Part shown: piece by piece, positions 1 to 9,513 of the stretch
Layout: the number at the start of each line of letters is the position of its first letter
Position numbering within the stretch: the first letter of the stretch is position 1
Assembly (NCBI GenBank): GCA_965215505.1
Contig: OZ244065.1
Location: forward strand, 3,936,001-4,000,000
From: Capsulimonadaceae bacterium
GTDB lineage: Bacteria; Armatimonadota; Armatimonadia; Armatimonadales; Capsulimonadaceae
Length of the DNA: 64,000 nucleotides
Reading direction: 5' to 3'
Made by a program: the position numbers and the translations under genes
The notes under the pieces: generated by a model
Seen by the model: only the letters and a program-made list of their open reading frames with translations
What the model was told of the DNA's origin: nothing
Databases searched by the model: none

Positions 1-1
1 T

Positions 2-487
2 CCTACAGCTAATTTCAATCTCAATCCGACCGTCACCGTCTCAGCAAAAGATAATCCTGCCACCACTGGCGGGGCGCTGGGAATCAGCAGCTTATGGACG
101 GTCGGCTTTAACGCAATGCCGGGATGGCTGCAAGGTATCTTAAAGGTTGCCGGCATTTCGGACGACAGCCTCAAGCCTGAGACGCTAACTTGGAGCGTCG
201 GATTCAATGATGTATGGGACAACTCCAGCATAGATGGCGCGACGTGGCAAGGTGGCGTAAAACCGGCAGACAGCCAAAAGGCGTTTTGGCAAATGACGCC
301 GCGTGTGCAGCGGTACTACATCCGCACTTGGACACGCTCGGATCATTATGTCATGCCTGGCGATGACTCCGGCTACACTGGTTTTGCAGGACAGGACCCT
401 CAGCACTTCGAATCCAGATGCAACCAATCAGGCTCAGTGGGATTGCGCGGGTCTGGTGATTTCTCTCTGAACCCTCCCACTTCTTGA
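2..487 (+). CDS. Hypothetical protein, 5'-truncated by the window edge
   Basis: The frame of ORF 116..487 is open back to base 2 (PTANFNLNPTVTV...); lower GC than the rest of the window; no family recognised. Confidence 0.6.
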   Translation, partial: PTANFNLNPTVTVSAKDNPATTGGALGISSLWTVGFNAMPGWLQGILKVAGISDDSLKPETLTWSVGFNDVWDNSSIDGATWQGGVKPADSQKAFWQMTPRVQRYYIRTWTRSDHYVMPGDDSGYTGFAGQDPQHFESRCNQSGSVGLRGSGDFSLNPPTS

Positions 488-509
488 CTTCTACCGGAGG
501 AGGCCTTGG

Positions 510-1331
510 ATGCGAACACCGGCCATCAGTCTTATTCTTCTGGCGTTCGTGGCTGGCTGTGGATTACATCATGCCTCCTCCCAGCAGTTTGTTCCGCGTC
601 CTGTCTCACAGCCGGAAATAGAGGCCCGTCAGAACTTTGCTTGGTCAAGACTTCCGATCAACGGCGATGATACGCCTTACGCTCAGATCGCGTTACACAT
701 TGACCAGGCGATCCGGTCTGGGGTTTCCCCGCAATCACTCCGCAGTCAATACGGCCTCCAGGCACAGCGACAGTCCGATAGCCCGCAAGCACAGTTTGCC
801 TGGGCTTATGCTTCCTGGAAAGCTCTGCCTGCGGATTTTACCCTATCCGATAAAGCGGACATACTGGAAGGTGTTCCAGAAGCATTAGCCCATGCCACGT
901 TTCCACGCGCATACCACTTCGCCCGCATCCGCTTCCTAGTAGAAGGCTCTGACTCGCGGATGTGGCCGCTCGGGGAGACGTTGTTGGCACATGATCCCAA
1001 TGACAAGGAGGTCAAGACAAATCTGATTAACTGCTACGGTGCTTTTTTGCTAGCTTCCAAACCGAGCGATGCCACTGTGCCGAAGATCAAGCAAAAGGCG
1101 CTTTCTTACGCGCAGGATATGCTGCGGTCTGACCCTCAAAAACCGAGATACCACGCCACTATTGGATGGGTTTACTTGATGTCATGGGCGGAAAAAAGCA
1201 ACCAGAACGACGGCCGGAACGCCATCAAGTACTTCCAAGAGTATCTGCGCCTCGCGCCTGCTAATGACAGTTGGCGCAGGCAGGCAGAGTCCTTCATCAA
1301 AATGATCCAGAGCCAGCAACAGTCAAAGTAA
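510..1331 (+). CDS. Putative lipoprotein with helical/TPR-like repeats
   Basis: Strong RBS GGAGGAGG; signal peptide with lipobox VAGC; TPR-like C-terminus (YHATIGWVY...AIKYFQEYLRLAP). Confidence 0.75.
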   Translation: MRTPAISLILLAFVAGCGLHHASSQQFVPRPVSQPEIEARQNFAWSRLPINGDDTPYAQIALHIDQAIRSGVSPQSLRSQYGLQAQRQSDSPQAQFAWAYASWKALPADFTLSDKADILEGVPEALAHATFPRAYHFARIRFLVEGSDSRMWPLGETLLAHDPNDKEVKTNLINCYGAFLLASKPSDATVPKIKQKALSYAQDMLRSDPQKPRYHATIGWVYLMSWAEKSNQNDGRNAIKYFQEYLRLAPANDSWRRQAESFIKMIQSQQQSK

Positions 1332-1536
1332 GATTGGGTGCGAAACTGTACTTGTTACCAAACATGACGCCTCGTTTCAAGTTCAGCCAGCCGTTTGAGG
1401 AGCGACTAGCAAGGTACTGACCATCTTCAATTAAGGACAGGCACAAGCTGTCTGCCTTCTCCATTGCGCCTTCTCTGGGATGGCACTGCCGCCCTTGACC
1501 GAGTTTTCTGCTCCCTTCTGCCTATCTTAGTAGGAC

Positions 1537-1562
1537 TGAGACTTTCCGCCGCCTTTGACGTG
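1537..1562 (+). promoter_or_regulatory. Putative ECF promoter variant TGAGAC-N16-CGTG
   Basis: The 16 bp spacer is identical to that at 2662-2687; lies upstream of 1626. Confidence 0.45.
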
Positions 1563-1625
1563 GGAGAAGCAGGCCCCCTATGTTTGGGGCCTGCGCTTCG
1601 TTAAAGAGGGAAACACTACAGCACG

Positions 1626-2609
1626 ATGAAGAATACGTCGGACCTCAAAATGCCTTCGGCGTCTTCACCTACCTTGGGCCTGGATCGTGAGGGGGCCAAC
1701 GATGATGAGGGCCGATCCGGTGAGAATCAACAAAAAAAGGCACTCGCGTTTGCGGCGGCAGTGGCTATGATCGTCACCTATTCCGCCGCAACGCAGCGGG
1801 CTTGGCTGACGGCGCTCGTGCCCATGGCGGCGGAAGCCGCCATCGACCCACTCGCTGCCGCGCGATACCAGGAATATGCGCCCAGTGACCCCGTAGGGGA
1901 GAAAACCATCGCTGAGAACGCATCCTCCTGGCGGCATGAGACATGGGGCGGCGACGACGGCCCTTATCAGAAAGCGCGCCGGGAGATTGATGCTGCTGTC
2001 GCTGCCGGCACATCCCCCATGCATCTTGCGCGCCAGTATGAAGCGCAAGCGGACCAGAACCCGAAGGCCCCTTTAGATCAATTCCGCTGGGGCTATGCCC
2101 TGTGGAGAACATTCACGCCGACTTCCACATCGGCTGAAAAGGGGACGAATAAACCAGGCGCTTTCTATTCACTGGCAAAGATCGAATCACCTAACACCTA
2201 CAACTACGCCCGCTTAAGGTATCTGCTCTCGTATCAGAGCGGCGACCTGACGGCGCTAGGTGAAAGGTTGATACAGCGGGATAACCAGGATGTGCAGGTC
2301 AAAGCCCATCTCGCTCTGGATTACACAACGCCTGGCTCGAAGCCGTACACCTTGGAGGTCAAACGCAGGGGCATCCAACTCTCGGAGGAGTTGATCCAGT
2401 CTGACCCAAAGTACCCTCAATATCACGCCATTCTCGCAGAAGAATACATAACGAGTTACTATGTAAATGGTCATCATCGCCAGGACGCTGCGGCTGCGGT
2501 CGTGGCGCTGAAGGAATACCTGACCCTGGCAAAGCCCAACGAGTTCTTCTATGAAGCGGCGAAAACCCGTGTCGCCACTTTGGAGCAGGAGTTAAATGGG
2601 GGTAAATAG
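1626..2609 (+). CDS. Membrane-anchored helical/TPR-like protein, paralog of 510..1331
   Basis: Colinear shared blocks (GDDxPY, IDxAxxxGxSP, QFxWxYAxW, YxxARxR, SDPxxPxYHA, EYLxLA); hydrophobic N-terminal segment. Confidence 0.75.
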   Translation: MKNTSDLKMPSASSPTLGLDREGANDDEGRSGENQQKKALAFAAAVAMIVTYSAATQRAWLTALVPMAAEAAIDPLAAARYQEYAPSDPVGEKTIAENASSWRHETWGGDDGPYQKARREIDAAVAAGTSPMHLARQYEAQADQNPKAPLDQFRWGYALWRTFTPTSTSAEKGTNKPGAFYSLAKIESPNTYNYARLRYLLSYQSGDLTALGERLIQRDNQDVQVKAHLALDYTTPGSKPYTLEVKRRGIQLSEELIQSDPKYPQYHAILAEEYITSYYVNGHHRQDAAAAVVALKEYLTLAKPNEFFYEAAKTRVATLEQELNGGK

Positions 2610-2661
2610 GGCAGTCAATCTGGATGCCGACCAAATTGGAACTCGCGCCGCCCGTCCCCCA

Positions 2662-2687
2662 TGAAACTTTCCGCCGCCTTTGACGTA
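2662..2687 (+). promoter_or_regulatory. SigW-like ECF promoter TGAAAC-N16-CGTA
   Basis: Exact match to the B. subtilis SigW consensus; the same motif recurs at 8053-8078 upstream of a paralogous gene. Confidence 0.6.
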
Positions 2688-2753
2688 TGAGAAGCAGCGC
2701 CCCATGCCTGGACCTGATTTTGGGGCCTGCGCTCTCGTCGAAAGGAACTGCGG

Positions 2754-4106
2754 TTGAAGTCTTTCCTGAAGTCTTTTCACTCCTACGCCCGGCTGATCCC
2801 GACCCTCGCCCTGGTCGGCCTGGCGGCCTGCGCCTTTGCCACCGGCGGGGCGAAGCCCGCACCGAAGGCATACCCGAAGGCCAGTGCGGTAGCACCGAGG
2901 GCGGTCACTTACGCCCACGACATCGCGCCGATTCTGTACCAGAACTGCACCACCTGTCACCGGGCGGGCGAGGTCGCGCCGTTCACCCTGTCCTCCTACG
3001 CGGACGCCAAAAAGCGCGCCCGGCAGATCGCGCTCGTCACCGACCAGCGCGTGATGCCGCCGTGGAAGGCCGACTCGCACGGGGAGTTCCAGGACGAGCG
3101 GCGGCTGACGGCCGCGCAGATCGCGCTGGTGAAGCGCTGGGTGGATGCGGGTGCCCCGGAAGGGAGCAAGGCGCAGGAGCCGCCCGCGCCGCAGTTCGCG
3201 GCGGGCTGGGCGCTGGGCAAGCCGGACCTGCTGGTCGCGCCCTCCGCGCCCTACACCGCGCCCGCCGAGGGGCGGGACGTCTACCGCTGCTACGTCATCC
3301 CCACCGACTTCGCCGAGGACCGCTACGTCTCCACCATCGATGTCCGCCCCGGCAACCGCGCCGTGGTGCATCACGCCATCGCCTATGTGGACACGGGCGG
3401 GGCCGCGCGCCGGTTGGCCGCGAAGTCGAGCGACGGCGGCCCCGGCTACCGGGAGTACGGCGGCATCGGCTTCCTGCCCGCCGGGATGCTCGGCGGCTGG
3501 GCGCCCGGCGCGATGCCCCACCCGCTGCCCGCCGACACGGGGATCGTCCTGCCGAAAGGCGCGGACATCGTGCTGGAGGTGCATTACCACCCGGACGGCA
3601 AGCCCGAAACCGATCTGACGCAGGTGGCGCTCTACTTCAACAAGGGGACCGTCGCGCGGCCTATGCACCTCTTCCCGCTCGCCAACCCGCGCCTGCACAT
3701 CCCCGCCGGCGACAAAGATTATGAGGTTCGGGCCTCGCTTCCCGTGGTCTTTGACGCCACCCTGCTGACGGTTTTCCCGCACATGCACGTCCTGGGGCGG
3801 CGGATGACCGTCACGGCGACCCTGCCCGACGGCACGACCAGATCACTTGTGGACGTGCCCGACTGGGACTTCAACTGGCAGGGGTTCTACGCCTACAAGC
3901 AGCCGGTCCGCCTGCCCGCCGGGTCGCACATTGATCTGGTCGCGCACTATGACAACTCGCCCGGCAACCCGCGCAACCCGAGCAGTCCGCCCAAGGACGT
4001 CACCTGGGGCGAGCAGACGACCGACGAGATGTGCCTGTGCTACCTCGGCTTCACGATCGACGCCGAACACGCCCCCAGGCAGGGGAAAACCGCCAGTTCG
4101 CGGTGA
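2754..4106 (+). CDS. Exported c-type cytochrome / copper type II ascorbate-dependent monooxygenase (PHM/DBH-like), copy 1
   Basis: Signal peptide; CTTCH heme motif; candidate Cu ligands VVHH, HYH, PHMH, DEMC; WDFNWQ. Confidence 0.85.
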   Translation: MKSFLKSFHSYARLIPTLALVGLAACAFATGGAKPAPKAYPKASAVAPRAVTYAHDIAPILYQNCTTCHRAGEVAPFTLSSYADAKKRARQIALVTDQRVMPPWKADSHGEFQDERRLTAAQIALVKRWVDAGAPEGSKAQEPPAPQFAAGWALGKPDLLVAPSAPYTAPAEGRDVYRCYVIPTDFAEDRYVSTIDVRPGNRAVVHHAIAYVDTGGAARRLAAKSSDGGPGYREYGGIGFLPAGMLGGWAPGAMPHPLPADTGIVLPKGADIVLEVHYHPDGKPETDLTQVALYFNKGTVARPMHLFPLANPRLHIPAGDKDYEVRASLPVVFDATLLTVFPHMHVLGRRMTVTATLPDGTTRSLVDVPDWDFNWQGFYAYKQPVRLPAGSHIDLVAHYDNSPGNPRNPSSPPKDVTWGEQTTDEMCLCYLGFTIDAEHAPRQGKTASSR

Positions 4107-4171
4107 ACCGTCGCGAAAGCCGTCCGTTCCGGGGTAACATGATGTCATCGTAAATCATCAAGTCCGATGGA

Positions 4172-7030
4172 GTGACAATGACCCCGAAAAGACTGTTCCT
4201 GAAAAGACTGTTCCTCGCGGCGGCCGTGCCCGCCGGGGCCTGCCTCGCCCTGGCGGCGTCGGCCCAGACCCCGTCCCCGCCCGCATCGCCTGCGGGCGGG
4301 CAGATGACCCCCCTCCGGCCCCCGGCCACCCCGCTGATCGTCCGGTCGCCCTATGTCAGCACCTGGCAGACCGCCGACTCGCTGGCCGGGACGCGGCCCG
4401 CCTTCTGGGCCGGACGCGCCAAGCCGATCACCGGCATCGCCCGCGTGGATGGCCAGTCCTACGTTTTCCTGGGCGACCCGCGCGATGCCGACGACAAGCC
4501 GCTCGCCCCGCCGATGACCCAGACCAGCCTTTCCGTCACGCCCACGCAGTCGCTCTACAAGATGTCGGGCGGCGGCGTCACGGTTTCGCTGGACTTCCTC
4601 TCGCCGGTCGAGCCGACCGACTTGCAGCGCCTGTCCGTGCCCTTCGGCTACGTCTTCGCCACCGCCCGCAGCGCAGACGGCAAGCCGCACACGGTCAGCC
4701 TGTACTTCGACATCACCGGCGCGTGGGCGCACGGGGACGACAACGCGCCCATCACCTGGGAGCGCCGGAGCATCCCCGGCATTGGGCAGACCCTCGCGGC
4801 CTTTGCGGTGACGCCCGCCGCTCCCAAGGTGCTGGGCGAGACGAACGACTACCCCCTGTGGGGGACGGCCGTCCTGGCGACCGCCGACCGGCCGGGCCTG
4901 ACGGCGCAGGCCGGCCAGGATACGGTTGTCCGCACCGCCGCGATCAGCAGCGGCGTCCTGGGCGGCTCCGTGGACGCCGACCAGCCGCGCGCCATCAACA
5001 GCCGTCCGCCGGTCTTCGCCTTCGACTTCGCCTTGGGCCAGGTCGGCAAGTCCGAAACCAAGCCCCTCGTTCTGGCCCTGGGTGATGTCCGCGACCCCGC
5101 CGTCAGCTATCAGGGTAAGCCGATCCAGCCGCTCTGGCGCTCCTACTGGCCGGAGTGGACCCAGATGATGGCCTCGTTCTACGCCGACGCAGGCACCGAG
5201 CGTTCGCGCGCCGACCGGATGGACAAGCGGGTCATGTCCGACGCGACGAAAGCCGGCGGCGCGAAGTACGCCGCCCTGTGCGCGCTGGCCTTGCGCCAGG
5301 CCTTCGGGGCGACCGAGATGGTCGGCACCCTGGGCAAGCCGTGGATGTTCATGAAGGAGATCAGCTCCGACGGCAACATCTCCACTGTGGACGTCATGTA
5401 CCCGTCCTTCCCCGCCTTCCTGTATGCCGACCCGCGCCTGGTGCGGATGCAACTCGACCCGCTCTTCGACTATGTGGAGGCGGGCCACTGGCCGCAGCCC
5501 TTCGCCCCGCACGACATCGGCGCGTCCTACCCGAACGCGGACGGCCACAACGACGGCGGCGGCGAGAACATGCCCGTCGAAGAGTCCGCCAACATGCTGA
5601 TCATGGCCGCCGCCTACATGCGCTACGTCCCCAAGAGCGAGGCCGCGCCCTATGCCCGCGCCCACTACCGCGCCCTCAAGCAGTGGGCCGACTACCTGCT
5701 CTCGGTGCCTAAGGGCGGCACGGCGGCCAACGCCCTGGACCCGCTCTACCAGAACCAGACCGACGACTTCACCGGCTCCATCGCCCACAGCGTCAACCTC
5801 GCCCTCAAAGGCATCGAGGGGGTCGGGGCCATGGGCCAGATTGCAGGCTACGCGGGCGACGCGCCGGGCGCGGCTCATTACGGCGGCGCGGCGAAAACGC
5901 TCATCGCCGAGTGGGCGCGGCGGGCACAGTCCAAGACCGGTCCGCACCTGACCATGCAGTACATCGAGGCGGACACGCCCAAGCCCGCCGGCTGGACGGC
6001 GGGCGTCGTCGGCCCGCATGCCCTCAGCCTGAGCGGCGTGGGCGGGGCGGACGCGCCGAAGCCCGCCGTGGACACGACCAAGAGCTACACGGTCTCGGCC
6101 TGGGTCAAGGTCGCCCGCATCGAGGGCTTCCAGACCTTCGTGAGCATTGACGCCGCCCACGTCAGCGGCTTCTTCCTCCAGCTCCGGGGCGACACCGGCA
6201 AGTTCAGCATGAGCGCCCTGGGCCGCGACAGCAGCGAGGGGGCGGGGGGCGTCTCGGCGGTCGCCCTGGCCCCGCCCGCCGTGGACACCTGGTATCACCT
6301 CGCGGGCGTCTACGACGCCGACGCGCACACGCTCTCCCTGTACGTCAACGGAGCCTTGCAGCAGACCGTCCCGTACACCTCGGCCTTCCGCGCGGACGGC
6401 CACACGGCCATCGGGCGCGGCTTCTACAACGGCGGCCGGACGGACTTCGTCAGCGGGGCGATAGACGACGTGCGCTTCTACCAGTCGGCCCTCCCCGCCG
6501 CCGCCGTCCTGGCGCTCTCCTCGCCCGGCGGGGCCGCCCCGGCCGCCCCGGCCCCCGCGTCCTATTGGACATTCGACGAGGGCACGGGCACGACGGTGGC
6601 CGACACGGCGGGCGGCGACAACGCGACCATCGAGGCCGGCGCGGCGGACCCGGACAACGCCTGGAGCCTGAAGTACAACGCCTTCCCCGACCGCGTCCTG
6701 GGGCTGAACCTCATTCCCAAGTCCATACTCCAGGAGGAGGCGAAGTTCTACCTGACCAAGCTCGGGCCGTTCGGCGTCCCGCTGGACATCCGGCACTCCT
6801 ACACCAAGGCGGACTGGGAGCTGTGGACGGCGGCCTCCACCGACGACGCCGCTTTGCGGCAGGGCTTCGTGGACGGCATCTACAACTTCGCCGACACGTC
6901 CCCGTCGCGCGTCCCCTTCAGCGACTGGTACGACACGGTATCGGTCCTGTATCAAGGCTTCCGCGCCCGCCCGGTCATCGGCGGCGTCTTCGCCATCCTG
7001 GACCGCACCGCGCTGAAGGTGGGGGAGTGA
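4172..7030 (+). CDS. Secreted glutaminase A (GtaA)-like six-hairpin enzyme (DUF5127/DUF4965/DUF1793 type) with inserted LamG domain
   Basis: RPPATPLIVRSPYVSTW, KEISSDGNISTVDV, PHDIG, MPVEESANM, TDDF, WSLKYN, YTKADW, FRARPVIGG; LamG segment (TVSAWVK...WYHLAGVYD...GAIDDVRFY). Confidence 0.85.
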   Translation: MTMTPKRLFLKRLFLAAAVPAGACLALAASAQTPSPPASPAGGQMTPLRPPATPLIVRSPYVSTWQTADSLAGTRPAFWAGRAKPITGIARVDGQSYVFLGDPRDADDKPLAPPMTQTSLSVTPTQSLYKMSGGGVTVSLDFLSPVEPTDLQRLSVPFGYVFATARSADGKPHTVSLYFDITGAWAHGDDNAPITWERRSIPGIGQTLAAFAVTPAAPKVLGETNDYPLWGTAVLATADRPGLTAQAGQDTVVRTAAISSGVLGGSVDADQPRAINSRPPVFAFDFALGQVGKSETKPLVLALGDVRDPAVSYQGKPIQPLWRSYWPEWTQMMASFYADAGTERSRADRMDKRVMSDATKAGGAKYAALCALALRQAFGATEMVGTLGKPWMFMKEISSDGNISTVDVMYPSFPAFLYADPRLVRMQLDPLFDYVEAGHWPQPFAPHDIGASYPNADGHNDGGGENMPVEESANMLIMAAAYMRYVPKSEAAPYARAHYRALKQWADYLLSVPKGGTAANALDPLYQNQTDDFTGSIAHSVNLALKGIEGVGAMGQIAGYAGDAPGAAHYGGAAKTLIAEWARRAQSKTGPHLTMQYIEADTPKPAGWTAGVVGPHALSLSGVGGADAPKPAVDTTKSYTVSAWVKVARIEGFQTFVSIDAAHVSGFFLQLRGDTGKFSMSALGRDSSEGAGGVSAVALAPPAVDTWYHLAGVYDADAHTLSLYVNGALQQTVPYTSAFRADGHTAIGRGFYNGGRTDFVSGAIDDVRFYQSALPAAAVLALSSPGGAAPAAPAPASYWTFDEGTGTTVADTAGGDNATIEAGAADPDNAWSLKYNAFPDRVLGLNLIPKSILQEEAKFYLTKLGPFGVPLDIRHSYTKADWELWTAASTDDAALRQGFVDGIYNFADTSPSRVPFSDWYDTVSVLYQGFRARPVIGGVFAILDRTALKVGE

Positions 7031-7169
7031 CACCGGCCATGAATGGCCGGTCTACTGTTGAGTGGAAACCCCTCCGGGGTTGGGGATTGTGACGATGGCG
7101 CTTCCTATGTCCTTTCCTCAGTCGCGGAGCGGCTTTCATTCGAGAGTAGGTCGCCCATTCATGGCCGGT
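7031..7169. repeat. REP/MITE-like inverted-repeat element
   Basis: Imperfect terminal arms accggccatgaatgg...ctact and agtag...ccattcatggccggt directly after a stop codon. Confidence 0.65.
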
Positions 7170-7428
7170 ATTTTATCATTCCGCGCCCCCCAGCGGCGTG
7201 GTCACTCTGATGAAACCTCCAGCCCCTCGTCCGCGAAGGGCGGAAAGGCAGAGTCTCTGTTATTTCGCAACACTCACCACACCTCAAGCATGATTACAAG
7301 GAGATGGTGTTCTGCTTACGAAACGACATAAATCGGGGTTCGCCGTACTCCCGGTTAGAAGTCTCCACGCGGGCCGGCGACGGTGCTGAGTTGTCGTTTA
7401 TTCGCCGGTCTCGTGCTACAATCGAGGC

Positions 7429-8055
7429 ATGAAAACGGCGCGACAGACGGCCGCAGGCCGGCGGCTCTCCCTGCTCCAGGCGGCACTGGAGCTTTTCTCC
7501 ACGCACGGTTATGACGGCACGACCACTCGGGCGATCGCCCAGCGGGTCGGGGTGACGGAGGCTTTGGTGTTCAAGCATTTCCGCACCAAGCGGGAACTGC
7601 TCCGTGCCGTCGTGGCGGAGTTCGGCCCGCGCCGGATGTTCCCGCCGCCGCCTCCATCCCTCCAAACAATCCCCGCCCGCGCGGCCCTGGAGACGTTCAT
7701 CACGCAGTACCTCGACACGTTCTGGGCCAACCGCGCCTTCCTGCGGATGCTGCTCATGGCGACCGACCGCGACCGGGCCGCCCTTGAGGAATTGCGGGCG
7801 CAGTTCTGGACCCTGGCGCTGTCCCTGCACGCGCTGCTGCAGGAGCGGGCCGCACGGGGCGAGCTGCGGCCCGACAGCGCCGTCGCGGCGACCGACGTGA
7901 TCTCCGCCTCCACCAGCGGCTTTTTGCAGCGGTCGCTGAGCGAGGAACCCGAGGACTGGGCCGCCGCCCGTAGCCAGTTCGTCGCGCACCTACTTCAAAC
8001 CCTGTTTGACGGCCTTCAGGAAAAAAAAGAATCGTCCGACGGCGAGTTCTCTTGA
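7429..8055 (+). CDS. TetR/AcrR family transcriptional regulator, probably leaderless
   Basis: N-terminal HTH (AALELFSTHGYDGTTTRAIAQRVGVTEALVFKHFRTKRELL); extended -10 TGcTACAAT ends 6 nt before the ATG. Confidence 0.92.
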   Translation: MKTARQTAAGRRLSLLQAALELFSTHGYDGTTTRAIAQRVGVTEALVFKHFRTKRELLRAVVAEFGPRRMFPPPPPSLQTIPARAALETFITQYLDTFWANRAFLRMLLMATDRDRAALEELRAQFWTLALSLHALLQERAARGELRPDSAVAATDVISASTSGFLQRSLSEEPEDWAAARSQFVAHLLQTLFDGLQEKKESSDGEFS

Positions 8056-8098
8056 AACATTTCTTTCCGCGAGTCGTATGGTAAGTGAACACTCACCA
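8053..8098 (+). promoter_or_regulatory. SigW-like promoter (8053-8078) followed by a palindromic operator TGGTAAGTG-AA-CACTCACCA (8079-8098)
   Basis: TGAAAC-N16-CGTA; 9 bp inverted repeat with one mismatch, next to a TetR gene. Confidence 0.6.
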
Positions 8099-8100
8099 GT

Positions 8101-9462
8101 ATGGGTGTAAAAGTCTTCGGGGGAGAAAGTTTGTTGAAAGTCTGGAGAGCGACGGTCTGGTTTTCGGCGGTCTTGCTGTCGGCGGCGGTGGGGCTGGCCT
8201 GTCTCGGCGGCCCGGCGGCGCGCCCCGTCGCGACGCGCGCGGCCGCGCCGGCGGGGACGGTGACGTTCGCCCGAGACATCGCGCCGATCCTAAACGAGAA
8301 GTGCGTCACCTGCCACCGTGCCGGTGAGGTCGCGCCGTTCGCGCTGACCAGCTACGCCGACGCCAGGAAGCGGGCCGCCTTCCTCGCCGCCGTCACTCGG
8401 AGCCGCTACATGCCGCCCTGGAAGGCCGACTCCCATGGCCAGTTCCTGGACGAGCGCCGGCTGACCGATTCCCAGATCGCCGCCATCCGGAAGTGGAGCG
8501 ACGAGGGGGCGCCGTTGGGCGACCCCCACGCCCTGCCGCCCACGCCGCACTTCGCGTCGGGCTGGCGGCTGGGAACGCCCGACGCCGAGTTCCAGCCCGC
8601 CCGCAGCTACACGCTGGCCGCCGACGGGAACGACGTTTACCGCTGCTTCGTCATCCCCACTCACTACAAGGAAGACCGCTGGGTGACGGCGATGCAGTTG
8701 CGGCCCGGCAATGCCAAGATTGTCCACCACACCCTGGTCTACCTGGACACCACGAGCAAGGCGCGGCAGCTTGAGGCGCAGGCCCACGACGGCAACCCCG
8801 GCTTCAGCCAGGCGGGCTTCACCGGCTCGGAGCTGCTGGGCGTCTGGGCCCCCGGCAACGACCCGCGCCGGCTGCCCCCCGGCGTCGGCATCCGGCTGCC
8901 CAAGGATGCCGACATCGTCTTGCAGGTCCACTACCACAAGGACGGCAAGCCGGAGACCGACCTGACCCGGCTCGGCCTCTACTTCGCCCAGGGGGCCGTG
9001 GACAAGCCGCTGCGCATCTTCCCGCTCCCGGCCTGGCTCTGGATTGCGCCGGGCGACGCGCACTATGTCACCCACGCCGACCTGACTGTTCCCGCCGACG
9101 CCACCCTGCTGGAGGTGATGCCCCACATGCACCTGCTGGGGCGCACGATGACGGTCACGGCGACCCCGCCGGGGGCGACAGCCGCGCAAACGCTGGTCGA
9201 TGTCCCGGACTGGGACTTCAACTGGCAGTCCACCTACGTCTACAAGCGGCCGGTCGAACTGCCGAAGGGGACGAAGATCCACATGACGGCGACCTATGAC
9301 AACTCGGCGGCGAACCCGCGCAACCCGACCCACCCGCCCAAACTGGTGACGTGGGGCGAGCAGACCACCGACGAGATGTGCCTCGCCTTTTTGTTCTTCA
9401 CGGTGGACGCCGAACACGCCCCGCAGGGCAAAGGCAAGGTCGCCGCGCGCCCGACGCGCTAG
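8101..9462 (+). CDS. c-type cytochrome / copper type II monooxygenase, copy 2
   Basis: CVTCH; IVHH, HYH, PHMH, DEMC; highly similar to copy 1; start may be the downstream TTG. Confidence 0.85.
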   Translation: MGVKVFGGESLLKVWRATVWFSAVLLSAAVGLACLGGPAARPVATRAAAPAGTVTFARDIAPILNEKCVTCHRAGEVAPFALTSYADARKRAAFLAAVTRSRYMPPWKADSHGQFLDERRLTDSQIAAIRKWSDEGAPLGDPHALPPTPHFASGWRLGTPDAEFQPARSYTLAADGNDVYRCFVIPTHYKEDRWVTAMQLRPGNAKIVHHTLVYLDTTSKARQLEAQAHDGNPGFSQAGFTGSELLGVWAPGNDPRRLPPGVGIRLPKDADIVLQVHYHKDGKPETDLTRLGLYFAQGAVDKPLRIFPLPAWLWIAPGDAHYVTHADLTVPADATLLEVMPHMHLLGRTMTVTATPPGATAAQTLVDVPDWDFNWQSTYVYKRPVELPKGTKIHMTATYDNSAANPRNPTHPPKLVTWGEQTTDEMCLAFLFFTVDAEHAPQGKGKVAARPTR

Positions 9463-9513
9463 GCGTTAACCGCTGAACGAGAACCGCTGAACGGGAACCA
9501 GAAAGCGACAACC

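Noticed and set aside
7195-7400. Possible hammerhead ribozyme or riboswitch (CTGATGA at ~7207, later GAAAC)
   Set aside because: I could not build stems I-III around the core; an Rfam/Infernal scan would settle it.
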